The position numbers and the translations under genes are program-made. From Malacoraja senta (taxonomy: Eukaryota), in contig CM075999.1 in NCBI GenBank assembly GCA_038087875.1, positions 1,242,001 to 1,306,000 of the forward strand: 64,000 nt of DNA, written 5' to 3'. Below are positions 39,415-53,052 of this stretch, piece by piece (the stretch's first letter is position 1; every line of letters starts with the position of its first letter). Below the pieces are notes generated by a model, which worked only from the letters and a program-made list of their open reading frames with translations, searched no databases and was not told where the DNA came from.

Positions 39415-39720
39415 TTTGTTTCGTTAGTTTGGAGATACAGCGTGGAAACAGGCCCTTCGACCCACTGAGCCCACGCCGATCAGACCCCGTACACTAGCAC
39501 TATCCTATACACTGGGGGACAATTTACAATTTTTACGAAGCCAATTAACCTGCAAACATGCACGTCCTTGGAGTGTGGGAGGAAACCGGAGCTTCCCGGA
39601 GAAAACACACGCGGTCACAGAGAGAGAGAACAAACCCCGTGCAGAGAGCGCCCATAGTCAGGATCAAGCCCAGGTCTCTGGCGCTGTAAGGCAGCAACTC
39701 TACCGCTGCACCACCCTGTG
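39415..39720 (-). mobile_element. HE1-type SINE
   Basis: Head-to-tail match to other copies. Confidence 0.9.
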
Positions 39721-40636
39721 TTGTTTTCACATTTTCCTGTGTTATTTCCCCAGATTCATGGAAATACAGAAGGGTTGAACTTTATTTTCATCACATCGAG
39801 AGTTGAGAGAGATAAAAGTGTTTAATTGTCCGGACTACGGAAACAATGAAATTCTTCCGCTGTCGATACATATGCATGGGGCGTGCGGTGTAGCAGTAAC
39901 TCTGTGAAATGGAACAAAACAGCAGCAGTCTCCACATCACTGCCCTTTAGAGCAGGTAATTGATGATGAGTTTCTCCATTCCCACCATTTATTACATCAA
40001 GACCCACTGTTCCACCCAGCAGGTCCCCATTAGTATTTACCCCTCACAGTTGCTCATGTACGAGGAGTGTAGGATGTAGACATTCCATATTTATTTGCAA
40101 TAATAAAAGGCCATTTGGCCCATCAAGTCTATTCCAACTGATAAAGCAATCCTATGAATGTTGAATTCACCAACTTGAGGGAACTTCTACAAACACCTAA
40201 CTCCCCCTCCTCCCTCCCCCTCCCCCTCCCCCTCCACTACCTCTTACCCTCCCTCCCCCCTCGCCTACCTCTTACCCCCCTCCCCCCTCCCCTACCTCTT
40301 ACCCCCCCGCCCCCCCTCTTCCGTCCTCCACTAAAGGTCTGTTAACCAATTCCACAGTTCACAACTAGGTACCTCTTTGGGCTCACTCCCATCTCCGGGC
40401 AATAGTCGGCCTCTCAGCAAACTTCAGGGAACTGTTGCCAACCCTGATTGGTCCTGTTTTGATTCTCACCTCCAGTCCACCCTCCTCCAACAATCAGTCC
40501 GAAGAAGGGTCTCGACCTGAAACGTCACCGATGTATTTTTTTTCCCAAAAATGCTGCCTGATCCGCTCCATCATTTTGTGTCTATCTTCAGCAATTTTAT
40601 TCCCTCACTCATTTTGAGGCACATTTAAATAGGTAA

Positions 40637-41167
40637 AGGGGCTGTCCCACTTGGGCGACCTAACTGGCGAGTTTAGAAGAGTTTGAAAAAATGACATGTT
40701 GAGGACCTCCTTCGACTATGTAGAAGACGAGCTTCGACTAGCTATGACTAACCTCGAGAAAATTGGACACCGAATATTGGAGAGTGAAGACGACCTCCTT
40801 CGACCTCCCTTCGACCTCCCTTCGACTATGATGAAGACTATCTCCGACTACCTTCGACTACCTTCGACTTCCCTCGATTACCTACGACTAACATGCCGAC
40901 CTACTACGACCTACTACGACTAAACCTACAAGTAAAAAAAGTATCGATTTTTTCCATGGCGACCTTTTTTTACTCGCGGGCATTTTTTAACATATTGAAA
41001 AAAACGCCGCGACCTAGCTAAGGCCTCGAGTACGCGGAGACCACCCTCGAGCTTGAAGGAGAGTTACAAAGACCTCCTACGACCTCGTGTCGACCATGCT
41101 GCGAGTATGAGTCGAGGGCAAACTCGCCAGAACTCGCGGATTAGGTCGCCCAAGTGGGACAGGCCCT
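40637..41167. mobile_element. PIF/Harbinger-like MITE
   Basis: TIR AGGGGCTGTCCCACT / AGTGGGACAGGCCCT, TAA/TAA TSD, internal CGACT/CGACC repeats. Related to 1971-2219. Confidence 0.9.
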
Positions 41168-42307
41168 TAAAGAGTAGATTCTTGGCTGCTGAAATGCGAA
41201 AACAAGGAACTACAGGTGCTGGTTTACAAAAGGAGACACAAAGCGCTGGAGTAACTCAGCAGGTCAGGCAGCATCTATGGAGAGCATGGATACGTTTGCC
41301 TGAAGCCTCCCCCCCCCCCCAACCCCCGGCCCCCATATTCCTATCCTACCTCAGATTTTATCACTCAGCTCAAGGGCAACATGCAATTAAACAACCACCC
41401 CACAGATTATTGAAATGTGGGAGGAAATCTCCTTGGTCAAAGGGAGAATGTGCAAATCAACACTGACAGTGCCAGAAGTCAGCATTGAACCTGGGTCATT
41501 CAGTAGTCACACCTGCCTGCGTTTGGCTCATATCTAAAGCTGTCCTATCCATGTACCTGTCTAAATCTTTCTTAAACGTTGCAATAGTACCAGCAATGTG
41601 TGTGCATGTGATGGGGGATATTTACTGGGGTGGCTGTGGATAGGTTTATGTATGTAGAGACACAACAAGCTGGAGTAACTCAGCGGGACAGGCAGCATCT
41701 CTGGAGAGAAGGAATAGGTGACGTTTCGGATCGAGACACTTCTTCAGACTTCTTGTATGTACAGTATCTATGGGTGGGCCTGCACTGCTTGGTTCTGGTG
41801 TCATTTTTTGGTCTCCTCTCCTCTCCTGCCCACCAATATTCGATGATGCAGAGCGACAAACCATCACAGCAACGGTTGCCAACGCACAACAATCAACAAA
41901 GGCAAAACAGGGAAAACAGAGAGAAAATTTTGACACCCGTGTTGGTTGACTGAACGAGATCGGCCAAAATCTCCTGGCGATGCTGTAGAAATACTAATGA
42001 GGCACAAAGTCATCCTCTGAATGTCGAGATAAATACACAATGAAGTAACATCTCTGAGTATAGAAGTTGGGAGGTCATGTTGCAGTTATAGGGCGGCACG
42101 GTGACGCAGCGGTAGAGTTGCTGCCTTACAGCGCTTGCAGCACCGGAGACCAGGGTTCGATACTGACTGCGGGTGCTGTCTGTACGGAGTTTGTAGGTTC
42201 TCCCCGTGAACCGGAGGGAGATTGACAACAATGTCGATTTTGTTGTCAACACAAATCTAGCTCTCAATATTAGCAAACCTATACGCTGGCATTGGGAGCA
42301 GGATTGT

Positions 42308-42612
42308 GGGTGGCACGGTAATGGTGGAGCTACTGCCTTACAGCGCCAGAGACCTGGGTTCAAACTAGACTATGGGTGCTTGTGTGTAAGGAGTTTGTAT
42401 GTTCTCCCTGTGACCTGCGTGGGTTTTCTCTGAGATCTTCGGTTTCCTCCCACACTCCAAAGACGTACAGGTTTGTAGGTAAATTGGCTTGGTGGAAATG
42501 TAAAAATTGTCCCAAGTGTGCGTGTAGGATAGTTTTAATGTGCGGGGATCGCTGATTGGTACAGACTCGGTGGGCCGAAGGGCCTGTTTCCGTGCTGTAT
42601 CTCCAAATAAAA
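42308..42612 (+). mobile_element. HE1-type SINE (another 5' half-copy at ~42091-42210)
   Basis: Head, V-domain and tail. Confidence 0.9.
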
Positions 42613-42619
42613 CGAAAAT

Positions 42620-43185
42620 AAGACGTTGGTGATGCCGCATTTAGAGTATTGTCTTCAGTTCTGGGCACCATGTTACAGGAAAGATGTTGTCAAGCTGGAA
42701 AGGGTACAGAGAATATTTACAAAGATGTTGCCAGGACTCAGTCTGAGCTATAGGGAGAGGTTAAGTAGGCTGGGACTCTATTCCTTGGAGCACAGGAGGA
42801 TGAGGGGTGATCTTATAGAGGTGTATAAAATCATAGGAGGAATAGATTGGGTAGGTGCATAGAGTCTCTTGCCAAGAGTAGTGGAAATTGAGGACCAGGG
42901 GACATAGGTTTAAGGTGAATGGGAAAAGATTTAATAGGAATCTGAGGGGTAACATTTTCACACAAAGTGTGGTGGGTGTATGGAACGAGTTGCCATAGGA
43001 GGTAGTTGAGGCAGGGACTATACCAACGTTTAAGAAACAGTTAGACAGGAACATGGAAAGGACAGGTTTGGAGGGAGATGGGCCAAACACAGGCAGGTGG
43101 GACTAATGTAGCCGGGACATGTTGGCCGGTGTGGCCAAGTTGGGCCGAAGGGCCTGTTTCCACACTGTATCACTCTATGACTCTG
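42620..43185 (+). mobile_element. CR1/HER1-like LINE 3' fragment
   Basis: LVMPHLEYCLQFWAPCYRKDVVKLERVQR. Same subfamily as 18427-19005. Confidence 0.95.
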
Positions 43186-43232
43186 TTACACTCACCTCTG
43201 AAGTTCAGTTCTACCGAATCATAACATCCTTA

Positions 43233-43905
43233 AGGGCATGTCCCACTAGGCCATCATTTGCGAGCCATTTACGTGACCTGGTAGCGTGTGGGTAGCATGT
43301 GGGTAGCGTGTGGATAGCGTGTGGGTAGCGCGGGACAGGCGCATGGAGTGGCGTGGAGGAGTGAGGAGTTGCACGCGGGGTCGCGCAGCGCTCCAGGATT
43401 TTGTTCTGGACAAAATATTCGCGCGCCACCGACCTGTCGCGTAACTGACGGCCAAAGTGGGACAGGCCCAAGATCCTGGCGCGGCTCAACGTCTCACCTC
43501 CAACAGCAGCAGAAGCAGGCAAGCGACGCTGAGCTCGGCCTGGGGCTCACGGCCGTTGCTCCCACTCCTTCTCCCAGAGTGGGGCCAAGACGATTGGAGA
43601 TAGACACAAAATGCAGGAGTAACTCAGCGGGACCGGCAGCATCTCTGGAGAGAAGCAATGGGTGACGTTTCGGGTCGAGACCCTTCTTTCAGACTGAAGA
43701 AGAGTCTCGACCCGGAACGTTACCCATTGCTTCTCTCCAGAGATGCTGCCAGTCCCGCTGAGTTACTCCTGTATTTTGTGTCTATCTTCAAATGACGTCA
43801 CGCGCTCCAGACGGCTGTGCGGACGCGCATGATGACGCGCGCGACTGTCGCATGTCAGTCACTACCGGCCTGTCGGGTAAATGACGCCCAAGTGGGACAG
43901 GCCCT
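43233..43905. mobile_element. Composite PIF/Harbinger-like MITE with a duplicated right end and nested Penelope fold-back (43598-43789)
   Basis: Outer TIRs with TTA/TTA TSD; extra internal right TIR at 43456-43470. Confidence 0.85.
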
Positions 43906-45121
43906 TTAAAGGATAAATTATGCACACACCAGCTTTATTTTCAGCTTAAATCAATGCTGATCACTGAGACTCAGTCCGCTCATATACAGCTCATTAGTCC
44001 CAAGAAAGTCAATTGGAAAATAGGATGCTGCAAACAAACTAGAAGACGTTAAATCACAACAGGCCACTGGAGCTCAACCCGAAGCCAGGCTTGTTTGCGA
44101 GGTTGTTGCGATGGATTCAATTATGGATTCAATTAAGGGAAAGATTGGTTTCAAATGTTTGGTTTTCACATTTGATTCTGATCACACAAATCTCATCCTG
44201 CACAATTTCTACTGTTATGGCAGCTTTAAATGAAAAGTGGAAGTTTGGACGAATTAGTTTTTAAATGGTGATGTGGATGGTGTTCTAAGCAGAATCTCCC
44301 GTGGGCGGGAAATCTGAGACAAAGGCTTCTGTCGTCACGTTGATCTCATTAGGCAAAGTCCCACCTGAACCACAAGATTGCTGGCTAGAATAGAAGATTA
44401 CATTAGCGCAGAAAGGGAGAGATGCAACATTTCCGGCGCCATCTTCAGGGCAGCACGGTGGCGCAGCGGTAGAGTTGCTGCCTTACAGCGCCAGGGACCT
44501 GGGTTCAATCCTGACCTCGGGTGCTGTCTGTGCAGAATTTATAGGCACGCCCCGTGACCGCGTGGGTTTTCTCCAGGTGCACTGGTTTCCTCCCACATTC
44601 CAAAGACGTGCAGGTTAATTGGTTTCTGTTAATTGAACCTAATGTCCAACTATGTTCCCCTCATCCCTGACTATCTTTGTCTAGGAAGGAACTGCAGATG
44701 CTGGTTGACACTGAAGATAGACACAAAATGCTGGAGTAACTCTGCAGGTCAGGCAGTATCTCTGGAGACAAGGAATAGCTGGCATTTCAGGTCGAGACCC
44801 TTCTTCAGACTGAGAGTCAGGAAAGAGGGAAACTAGAGATATGGGAGCCGGTCTGAACTACTACCCACTTCATCGGGGATCCTCGGACTATCTTTGATCG
44901 GACTTTACCGACTTTACATTGCACTTAATGTTATTCCCTTAGCATGTATCTGTACACTGTGAATGGCTCGATTGTAATCATGTATTGCCTTCCGCTGGCT
45001 GGTTAGCACGCAACAAAAAGCTTTTCACTGTACCTCGGTACACGTGGCAATAAACTAAAGTTAACAGTTTTTAAATACCTCTGACATTTGGAAGCAAAGT
45101 CTTCTTTCTTGATTAATCTTA

Positions 45122-45419
45122 AGGGCCTGTCCCACTTGGCGATTTTTTTCGGCGACTGCCTGCATCATATCAGTGTCGCCAAAAGATTTTGAACATTTCA
45201 AAATCCAGCAGCGACAAAAAAAATGTTTCAACACTTGAAAAAACACCGCGCGTCATACGTCATCACGCCGCATCACGCCGCATCACCGCCATACGTCATC
45301 ACGCCGCATCACGCCGCATCACCGCCATACGTCATCACGCCGCAAATTTTTCAGTGACCTGATACATCAGTCAATTATGCCGGCAGTCGCCGAAAAAATC
45401 GCCAAGTGGGACAGGCCCT
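45122..45419. mobile_element. PIF/Harbinger-like MITE
   Basis: 15-bp TIR plus ~25-bp extended arms. Flanks TTA / TAA. Internal 36-bp tandem repeat at ~45254-45343. Confidence 0.9.
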
Positions 45420-46475
45420 TAATGGTTTGCTTAAAATATTCCCCCTCTCTCTCTGTCACTATGTCTGCATTGTGTGTACCATTCAGCAAGATGCCACTGA
45501 AACAAACTAACAAACAGCTTTGCACCTCCTTTACCTCAATGCATTTTAATTTAAATTACCTTTCACTTTATTGTTCATTCTACATGACATCTTATGTCAT
45601 ATATTTCATTTAACATTTTACAGATTGGTTCCACCAAGATGCAGCACAGAACGCCACGGCAGATCCTTTTTTTCCCTGTGGCTATCAAACTGTACAACTC
45701 CTCCCCCTTCTGTCGTGGGGTAAACTGACCCCCCTCTCCCCCGACCTCCCCAATCTTTGCACATCCCCAATCCTGGACTTTCCACTCGTCACTCTAACTT
45801 CATGTTTCATGTATCTTGTTGTGTTATATGACTGTTGGCAGACAGACCAATTCCCCTCCTGGAATACATAAAGTTCTACGGTGTCGTATCGTATTTTGTT
45901 AACTGACTCCGAACAGCATGCGACGCATCTCCAGTGTGAATGGACGGATGAGATTAAAGAATACAATCTTTGATTCCTGCTCTCATTATGCCAATTAAAC
46001 TCCTACACTCAGGGCAAGAAAAGAAAACGTTACTTCCACTTGCCTACTTTTCAAACTACTAAAGTACCTCAAACCCTCCTGCAAGCGGGCGAGGAGATTG
46101 GAAGATGGATAAGAGTGAATCTGACCGTTTTAAGTGGTGGCTAAATGCTATAGCAACTTGTGCAATTTGCAGTTGGAAACACAGCTGGGGAGGTTGGAGC
46201 CACTGGAAGCAGGTACACCGGTCACCCCTGGATATCGACAGGCTCTTTGCTTGAAGTATCACACTGGGAGAGAATAAGAACCACAGCAAGCCCATGTATT
46301 GTTCTGAACAGGGCTGACAAGACTCATAAATGTCTCATTTATAATCAGCAAACCTGAAAATGGCAGCAAGCATTTCAAAACGGCAGGGATGACTTTAGAG
46401 GAGATGAATGTTTTTTTTTTAAATTCTCATGACACTGGGTGTCCATTCAGCCCATCGAGTCCATGCAGCTCATAG

Positions 46476-47515
46476 TAGGTATGTTACAATACTTACCTTA
46501 AGCGGCGCTGCAGTTCTGTCACTGCCCGTGTGCGCGACTTTGGCGCCGTTGAGAGGGGGCCGGGTTTAAAATGTGGTATTTCTGAAGCCTATTCAAATCG
46601 ATTTTGAACAGGCTATTTAATTGATGAAGAAAAATTGCTTCGACTGCCGTTCTCTGGAATTATTTTTAAACTGCGCTTACTAATTTAATTACTGTAGTAA
46701 ATTAAAAATCATCTTCTAAAGCCGTGAACGCCGACAACAGGACGGACCTCACGTAGGGGACAAGGCAAGGTACACAGTTTATTTTTTCATTAAAAAGTGC
46801 TTCTTAGGATACCTTTAATCAAAATTACACGTTGCGAGAAGGTGACTTATTCCCCATACGAACCGGCAGTATTTTTCCTGCCGACATGGGGTTTAATTCA
46901 CCACAAATGCGACGTTCCAATTGATCGCGATCCAGAAAATCTCACTCGCAAGATGATTTAAATGGCCATTAATTTACGGGAATTAAACATTAAATTCCTT
47001 CCATTTGGCCTATAAATTAATGCCAATGACATTTAAAAATCATGTTATATTGTGAATTCTTGTGTGAATGTTATTTGACACTAAGGCTATTTAAAAATGT
47101 TCATCTTTCTTAAGAAATTGATAGATGTTTAGATCTAGCAATTGAATTTTGTAATTAGCTACAATTGGGTAACTAACTAATTATATGCTTTAATTTCAGG
47201 TCATCCAAGTAAGATTGTTTCATATTTGTTTCAGAATACTTCAATCTATAATAACTGAAAATTTCTTTCAGTTCTCTTAATTTTTAAGAAAGTTATGGGC
47301 TTTTGACTGTCTTTGATTGCAGTTTTTGTGTTAAGTCAATGGAAAAGCAATAGGGAAGAAGATGCTAATTTCCGAGTATGAAAATGGCCATAACATTTTT
47401 AATACTGAAGATATGAAAGTGAATTAGGTATCAATTTAAACTTCTTTTTATGCTTTATCTGATGGGATAAATTGCAGACTTGATTTTTAAAATCTCAAAA
47501 TTTTGTAACATTGCT
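46476..47515. mobile_element. 1040-bp non-autonomous DNA transposon (copy 1)
   Basis: Imperfect TIR TAGGTATGTTACAA / TTGTAACATTGCT. 8-bp TSD GCTCATAG. Homologous to 61210-62249. Confidence 0.92.
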
Positions 47516-50259
47516 GCTCATAGGGGACCAATCCCATGTCTTCTACATCCCCCCCCCCCCCCCCGTTCATTGCCTGGTTTTCCTGCAACTTTCCTGCAAC
47601 ATGAGTCTGAAGAAGGGTTTCAGCGCGAAACGTTGCCTATTTCCTTCGCTCCATAGATGCTGCCGCATCCTCTGAGTTTCTCCAGCATTTTTGTCTACCT
47701 TTCCTGCAACTTGTGCAGGAAGGAATTGCAGGTGCTGGTTTAAACCGAAGATAGACACAAAAAGCTGGAGTAACGCAGCAGGACAGGCGGCATCTCTGGA
47801 GAGAAGAAATGGGTGATGTTCAGGTCAAGACCCGTTTAAGACCGTTCTACCTGCAACTTATTTTCTCGCACACGTGCCCTGTTTGTTTATGGGCCAAACG
47901 CAGGCAGGTGGGACTTGTGTAGATGGGCCATGTTGGTCAGCGTGGGCAAGTTGGGCTGAAAAATCTGTTTCATCACTGTATGACCCGATGACTCAATGGT
48001 TCCTGAGATTACAGCTGCAGTCTCGGCCCACCCTGGATACAGTCAATATAACATTTTCTGGAATCCTTATTATAAATAAAACAAAGGAAGACTTCAAACA
48101 CAAAAGGTGCCAGACGCCAATTGAATTACTGATATATGTCCAACATTTTCTGTCATCTCTTACAATAGCAACCACCCTAAGCCTTCATCAGCAAAATAAA
48201 AAATTCCGGGCAAACTACAGGCATGAAAGATCTTGTATAATTAAAATTATTTTCATTCTTTCTTTGTCATTGATTTGCTTCAGTTTTAAACGGCATTTTT
48301 CACTTCTGAATGTTGGGATGGAATGGGGTGGCTGTGCACAGATTGGGGCAAACAAAACCTTCACAGTGGTAGGAGTCGGAATGAAAACGTTCAGAGCATT
48401 ATTCTGAACAGCCACGTATTTTCACACTTCATACCTCATCTCCAGCCCAAGTGCAGAATCTTTACCACCTCCTCAGCTAACACCCCTACCAGTCAGAGGG
48501 CATTACGAACTGCATTGATGCAATGCTCTATTGTGATTCAATAGACTCACCCCATTATCACCGATCAGGTGCATCTTTTCCACACAGCTAACGTTCAGCT
48601 ATTGTGTAGGAAGGAACTGCAGATGCCGGTTTACAACGAAGACAGACACAAAATGCTGGATTAACTCAGCGGGACAGGCAGAAGAGAAGGAACGGGTCGA
48701 GACCCTTCTTCAGACTGAGAGCCAGGGGGAGAGGAAAATGGGAGATATGAAAGGGTAAGGTGTGAAAACGAGAGATCAAAGGGGACGAAGTTGAAGGAAA
48801 AGGAAGAATGGATCACTGTTTACTTTTTACTTTTACTTTTATACTTATGGGCGCCATTCAAAGACTCTCAAGGACGCCTTGCAGATAAGCAGATTACAAA
48901 ACGTATAAGCAGAATAAAAAATTAAAAAATAGTAGGGACATCAACAACATCACAATACACAAATTAAGGACAGAATTCATTCTAAAGGCACAAAAAATAA
49001 AATCAGAAACACGATTTGAGGCGAGAGCAGCAGCAGCTAAACCGTGCCAGCGTCCACTCTCCCCTTTACCAGGTGAAGGTGACAACGAGGCATACAAAGT
49101 ACATTTTAATCAGGAAGACTGAAAACTAGTCGGAGAACTGGGATGCGGGAGAGATCCTAGTTCTCTGTCTATTCCCCCATCCTAGTTCACCGACTACTTT
49201 GTCTATGTTTGGAATTTCATTTGGTGTTGGTACTAATTTACTGTCACATGTACCAAGATACAGTGTCATTTTTTTTTGCGTACTACCCAGTCAAATCATA
49301 TTACAGAACAGCACCATGGAACAGAACAGCACAAGAATAGGCCCTTCGGCCCACACTGCCTCTGCCGAATATGACAATAGACAATAGACAATAGGTGCAG
49401 GAGTAGGCCATTCGGCCCTTCGAGCCAGCACTGCCATTCAATGTGATCATGGCTGATCATCCCCAATCAGTACCCCGTTCCTGCCTTCTCCCCATATCCC
49501 CTGACTCCGCTATTTTTAGGAGCCCTATCTAGCTCTCTCTTGAAAGCATCCAGAGAACCTGCCTCCACCGCCCTCTGAGGCAGAGAATTCCACAGACTCA
49601 CCACTCTCTGTGCCAAGACATCACTTATCTGTCTGCTCACAACCCACATCCCTCCCTTCCCTACATATCCATATGCCTATTCAAAAGTCTTTTAAATGCC
49701 ACTATCATATCTGCTTCAATCATTACCCCCAAAGCACATTCCAGGCACTCAACACCCTCTGTGTAAAAAACTTGCTCCACACATGTCCTTCACCCTGCAG
49801 GATCCTGGGGCTGACCAGGATGGGGATCTGGTCCAATAGACCGAGTGAGAGGGCAGATCAGACTTTGAACTTGTGGAAATGGCGCCAAAACATGGTGGCG
49901 CCTGCATGCGTAAATATGCAAAAAGTATTTCACCCTGTAGTTGCACATGTGACAAATAAAGCAACATTGAACCATTGAATTGAACCATTGCCCCTCTCAC
50001 CTTAAAGCTATGCCCTCTAATATTTAAGTTTTCCACGCTGGGGAAAAAGATTCTGACTGTCTGCCCTATCTATGCCTCTCATAATTTTATATACTCTCAC
50101 GTCTCCCTGCAGCCTCCGGCGATCCAGAAAAACTCACATGTAGAAGAGGTATTGTACAGAGAGTGCAAGCCTTTTCCAAGTTCTGAGGCTTTCTGTTGGT
50201 TGATAGGTTTTCTGTCGGTTTCTAGTGTTCATCCAACAAACAATAAGATGACCAGCGGT

Positions 50260-50552
50260 GGGCGGCACGGTGGCGCAGTGGTAGAGTTGCTACCTTACAG
50301 CACCACAGACCCAGGTTCCATCCTGACTGCGGATGCTGTCTGTACGGAGTTTGTATGTTCTCGCCGTGACCTGCGTGGGTTTTCTCCGGGTGCTCTGGGT
50401 TTCCTCCCACACTCCATAGACGTGCAGGTTTGTAGGTTTATTGGATGTCTGCAAATTGTAAATTGTCCCTAGAGTGTAGGATACGGGGTGATCGCCGGTT
50501 GGCACGGACTCGATGAGCCGAAGGGCTTGTTTCCGCGCTCTCACTCTCTTAA
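50260..50552 (+). mobile_element. HE1-type SINE, full length
   Basis: GGGCGGCACGGTGGCGCAGTGGTAGAG head, V-domain and tail. Confidence 0.9.
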
Positions 50553-51469
50553 CTAGACCCCTCCATCTTTAGCCCAGTTGAATCAAAGCCATTGGGCTCA
50601 GCCTGCTCAAGCCAGTGTCAACTCTTCACACAGTTCTCCTCCCACCCCACTTCAATCGCTTTTAAAATTTGTTCACACGTTTGTTGTCTCAACTCTTTCA
50701 TTACCTTAAGTGATTTTCCCCTCTTTGATGTGTTTCATTGTAAACCCTGTATCTGCAATGCCATTGGCAACAATACATTATTTATGACAATTGACACCAG
50801 ACAGATTGAAAGATTTTATATTAATGGAAAGAACTCCCCATGATAGTAAATTCATGTTTTAAAGAAAGTGTAGACTGCCAGATAAAATTAAGTTTAATAG
50901 AAGCAATAAAGCACGGCTGCTGGCTTCATAATTGCCTCCCTAACTCTCCATCCATATGACTATCTTCTCCTTTAAGTTGTTAATTAAACTCCAGTTTGCT
51001 CGCAAACAAAAAGGCACAAAGTTTAACTAATACCAAATGACTCTGCTTGTTTAGTTTAGAGATGCAGCATGGAAACAGGCCTTTGGTCCATGCCAACCAT
51101 CGATCACCTGTACACTAGTTCTATTATCCCATGTTCACATCCTACACTAGGAACAATTTACAGAAGCCAATTAACCTACAAACATGTACATCTTTGGAAT
51201 GTGGGAGGAAACTGGTTTGCAGAAAAGGGACACAAAGTGCTGGCGTAACTCAGCAGGATGGACAGCGTCTCTGGAGGACATGGGCAGGTGGCGTTTTGGG
51301 TGGGGATCCCTCTTCTTCAGTCTGAAGAACGGTCCCGACATGAAAAATCACTTATCCATGCTCTCCAGAGATGCTGCCTGACTCGCTGAGTTACTCCAGC
51401 ACTCTGTGTCCAACTTACGCACATTGCCAGATGTTTGCCGAGAACAGGCCCATCCCAAACATCGAGCCG

Positions 51470-52055
51470 AGGCTCTATAAGGTGCTGGTCAGGCCGTATT
51501 TGGAGCACTGTGAGCAAATTTGGGCCCCTTATTTGAGGAAGGATGTGCTGGCTCTGGAGAGGGTCCAAAGGAGGTTTACAAGAATGTTTCCAGGAATGAG
51601 TGGGTTAGCATATGATGAGTGTTTGACAGCACTGGGCCTGTACTAGCTTGAGTTTAGAAGGTTGAGGGGGGACCTCATTGAAACTCACAGAATAATGAAA
51701 GACATCGATAGAGTGGATGTGAAAAGGATGTTTCCATTGGTGGGAGAGTCAAGGACCAGAGGTCATAGCCTCGGAATTAAAAGGCGCTCTTTTAGAAAGG
51801 AGGTGGGGAAGAACTTCTTTAGTCAGTGGGTAGTTAATTGGTAGCTCATTGCCAAAGAGGGCTGTGGAGGCCAAGTCAGTGGATATTTTTAAGGCAGAGA
51901 TAGGCAAATTCTTGATTAGAACGGGTGTCAAGGGTTATGGGGAGAAGGCAGGAAAATGGGGTTGAGAGGGATCGATAGATCAGCCAAGATTGAATGGCAG
52001 AGTAGACTCGATGGGCCGAATGGCCTAATTCTACTCCTAGAACTTGTGAATTTGT
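51470..52055 (+). mobile_element. CR1-like LINE 3' fragment
   Basis: LYKVLVRPYLEHCEQIWAPYLRKDVLALERVQRRFTRM. Confidence 0.92.
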
Positions 52056-52560
52056 GAACAAGCATGGCTACAAGATTCTTACTAATGCAATCCTTGCTGT
52101 ACAAGGCACACAATGATGAACAGCAGTGCCAAATTTCATTTCATCTGCGATGTTCTCATTTAGGATGTTGTTTAGCAACATTGGAGTTGTAATCTTGCAC
52201 TTTCTCTGTTAATTTAAACATGTATAGAGCCTTCGCTAACAGTTTTCTTCATTAGTGTAGCAATTCTCACCCAGGTCTGCAGTACAATATAGTGCTGCAT
52301 GAGAATAGCTGCACTAATACAAAGTTTAGTTCTAGTTTAGTTTAGTTAGTATATATTCAGTTTAGTTATAACATGGTTTATCGTCTAGAAAAATATAGTT
52401 TTTGTTGTGGTAGGAGAACCAAAGTCTTGGGTGACATCTCACGATAGTTCAGTTTCAGTTTCAATTTATTGTCACGTGTACCGAGGTACAGTGAAAAGCT
52501 TTGGTTGCGTGCTAACCAGAAAGCAGAAAGACAGCACATGATTACAATCAAGCCATTCAC

Positions 52561-52834
52561 TCTGCCCCGAAAGCAGTGGGCAACCCTCAACCGCTTGAGG
52601 ACAGGCATCGGACGCTATGGAGTAGCGATGAAGAGGTGGGGCCTCGTGGACAGCGGGTGCCTCCTGCGAGTGTGGGGACCCAACACAGACAGTGGAGCAC
52701 ATCGTCACCAGTTGCCCCAAACACCGGCCACCGAATGGTGAGCGGGGTCTGATTGACCTGGACGATGACACGTTGGCCTGGCTCGCCTCAACGGAGCTGC
52801 AGGTCTAAAAGACACACGACAGAAGAAGAAGAAG
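52561..52834 (+). mobile_element. Vingi/Ingi-like LINE 3' end
   Basis: LPRKQWATLNRLRTGIGR...WG / SCECGDPTQTVEHIVTSCP (CCHC). (GAA)n tail. 11-bp TSD AAGCCATTCAC (52550-52560, 52835-52845). Confidence 0.85.
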
Positions 52835-52953
52835 AAGCCATTCACAGTGTAGAGATACATGAGAAGGGAATACAATTTAGTCCAAGGTAAACCCAGTACA
52901 GTCTAATCAAAGATAGTCTGTGGGTCCCCAATGAGGCAGACAGTAGTTCAGGA

Positions 52954-53052
52954 CTTGAGTCTGAAGAAGGGTTTCGGCCCGAAACGTTGCCTATTTCCTT
53001 CGCTCCATAGATGCTGCCGCACCCACTGAGTTTCTCCAGCACTTTTGTCTAC
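52954..53052 (+). mobile_element. ~100-nt Penelope-derived mini-insertion starting at hammerhead-like core
   Basis: CTGAAGAAGGGTTTCGGCCCGAAACGTT at 52961. 13-bp TSD CAGTAGTTCAGGA. Confidence 0.85.

Noticed and set aside
45254..45343. 36-bp repeats resembling a CRISPR array
   Set aside because: Head-to-tail tandem units without unique spacers, inside a eukaryotic MITE; no cas genes.
45119..45422. piggyBac/Kolobok (TTAA TSD) assignment for the GGGCCTGTCCCACT MITEs
   Set aside because: Fits only this copy; the copy at 1971-2219 inside a known SINE sequence shows a 3-bp TTA duplication.
50260..50335. tRNA-like sequences at SINE heads
   Set aside because: They run directly into V-SINE bodies and do not form complete cloverleaves; not tRNA genes.
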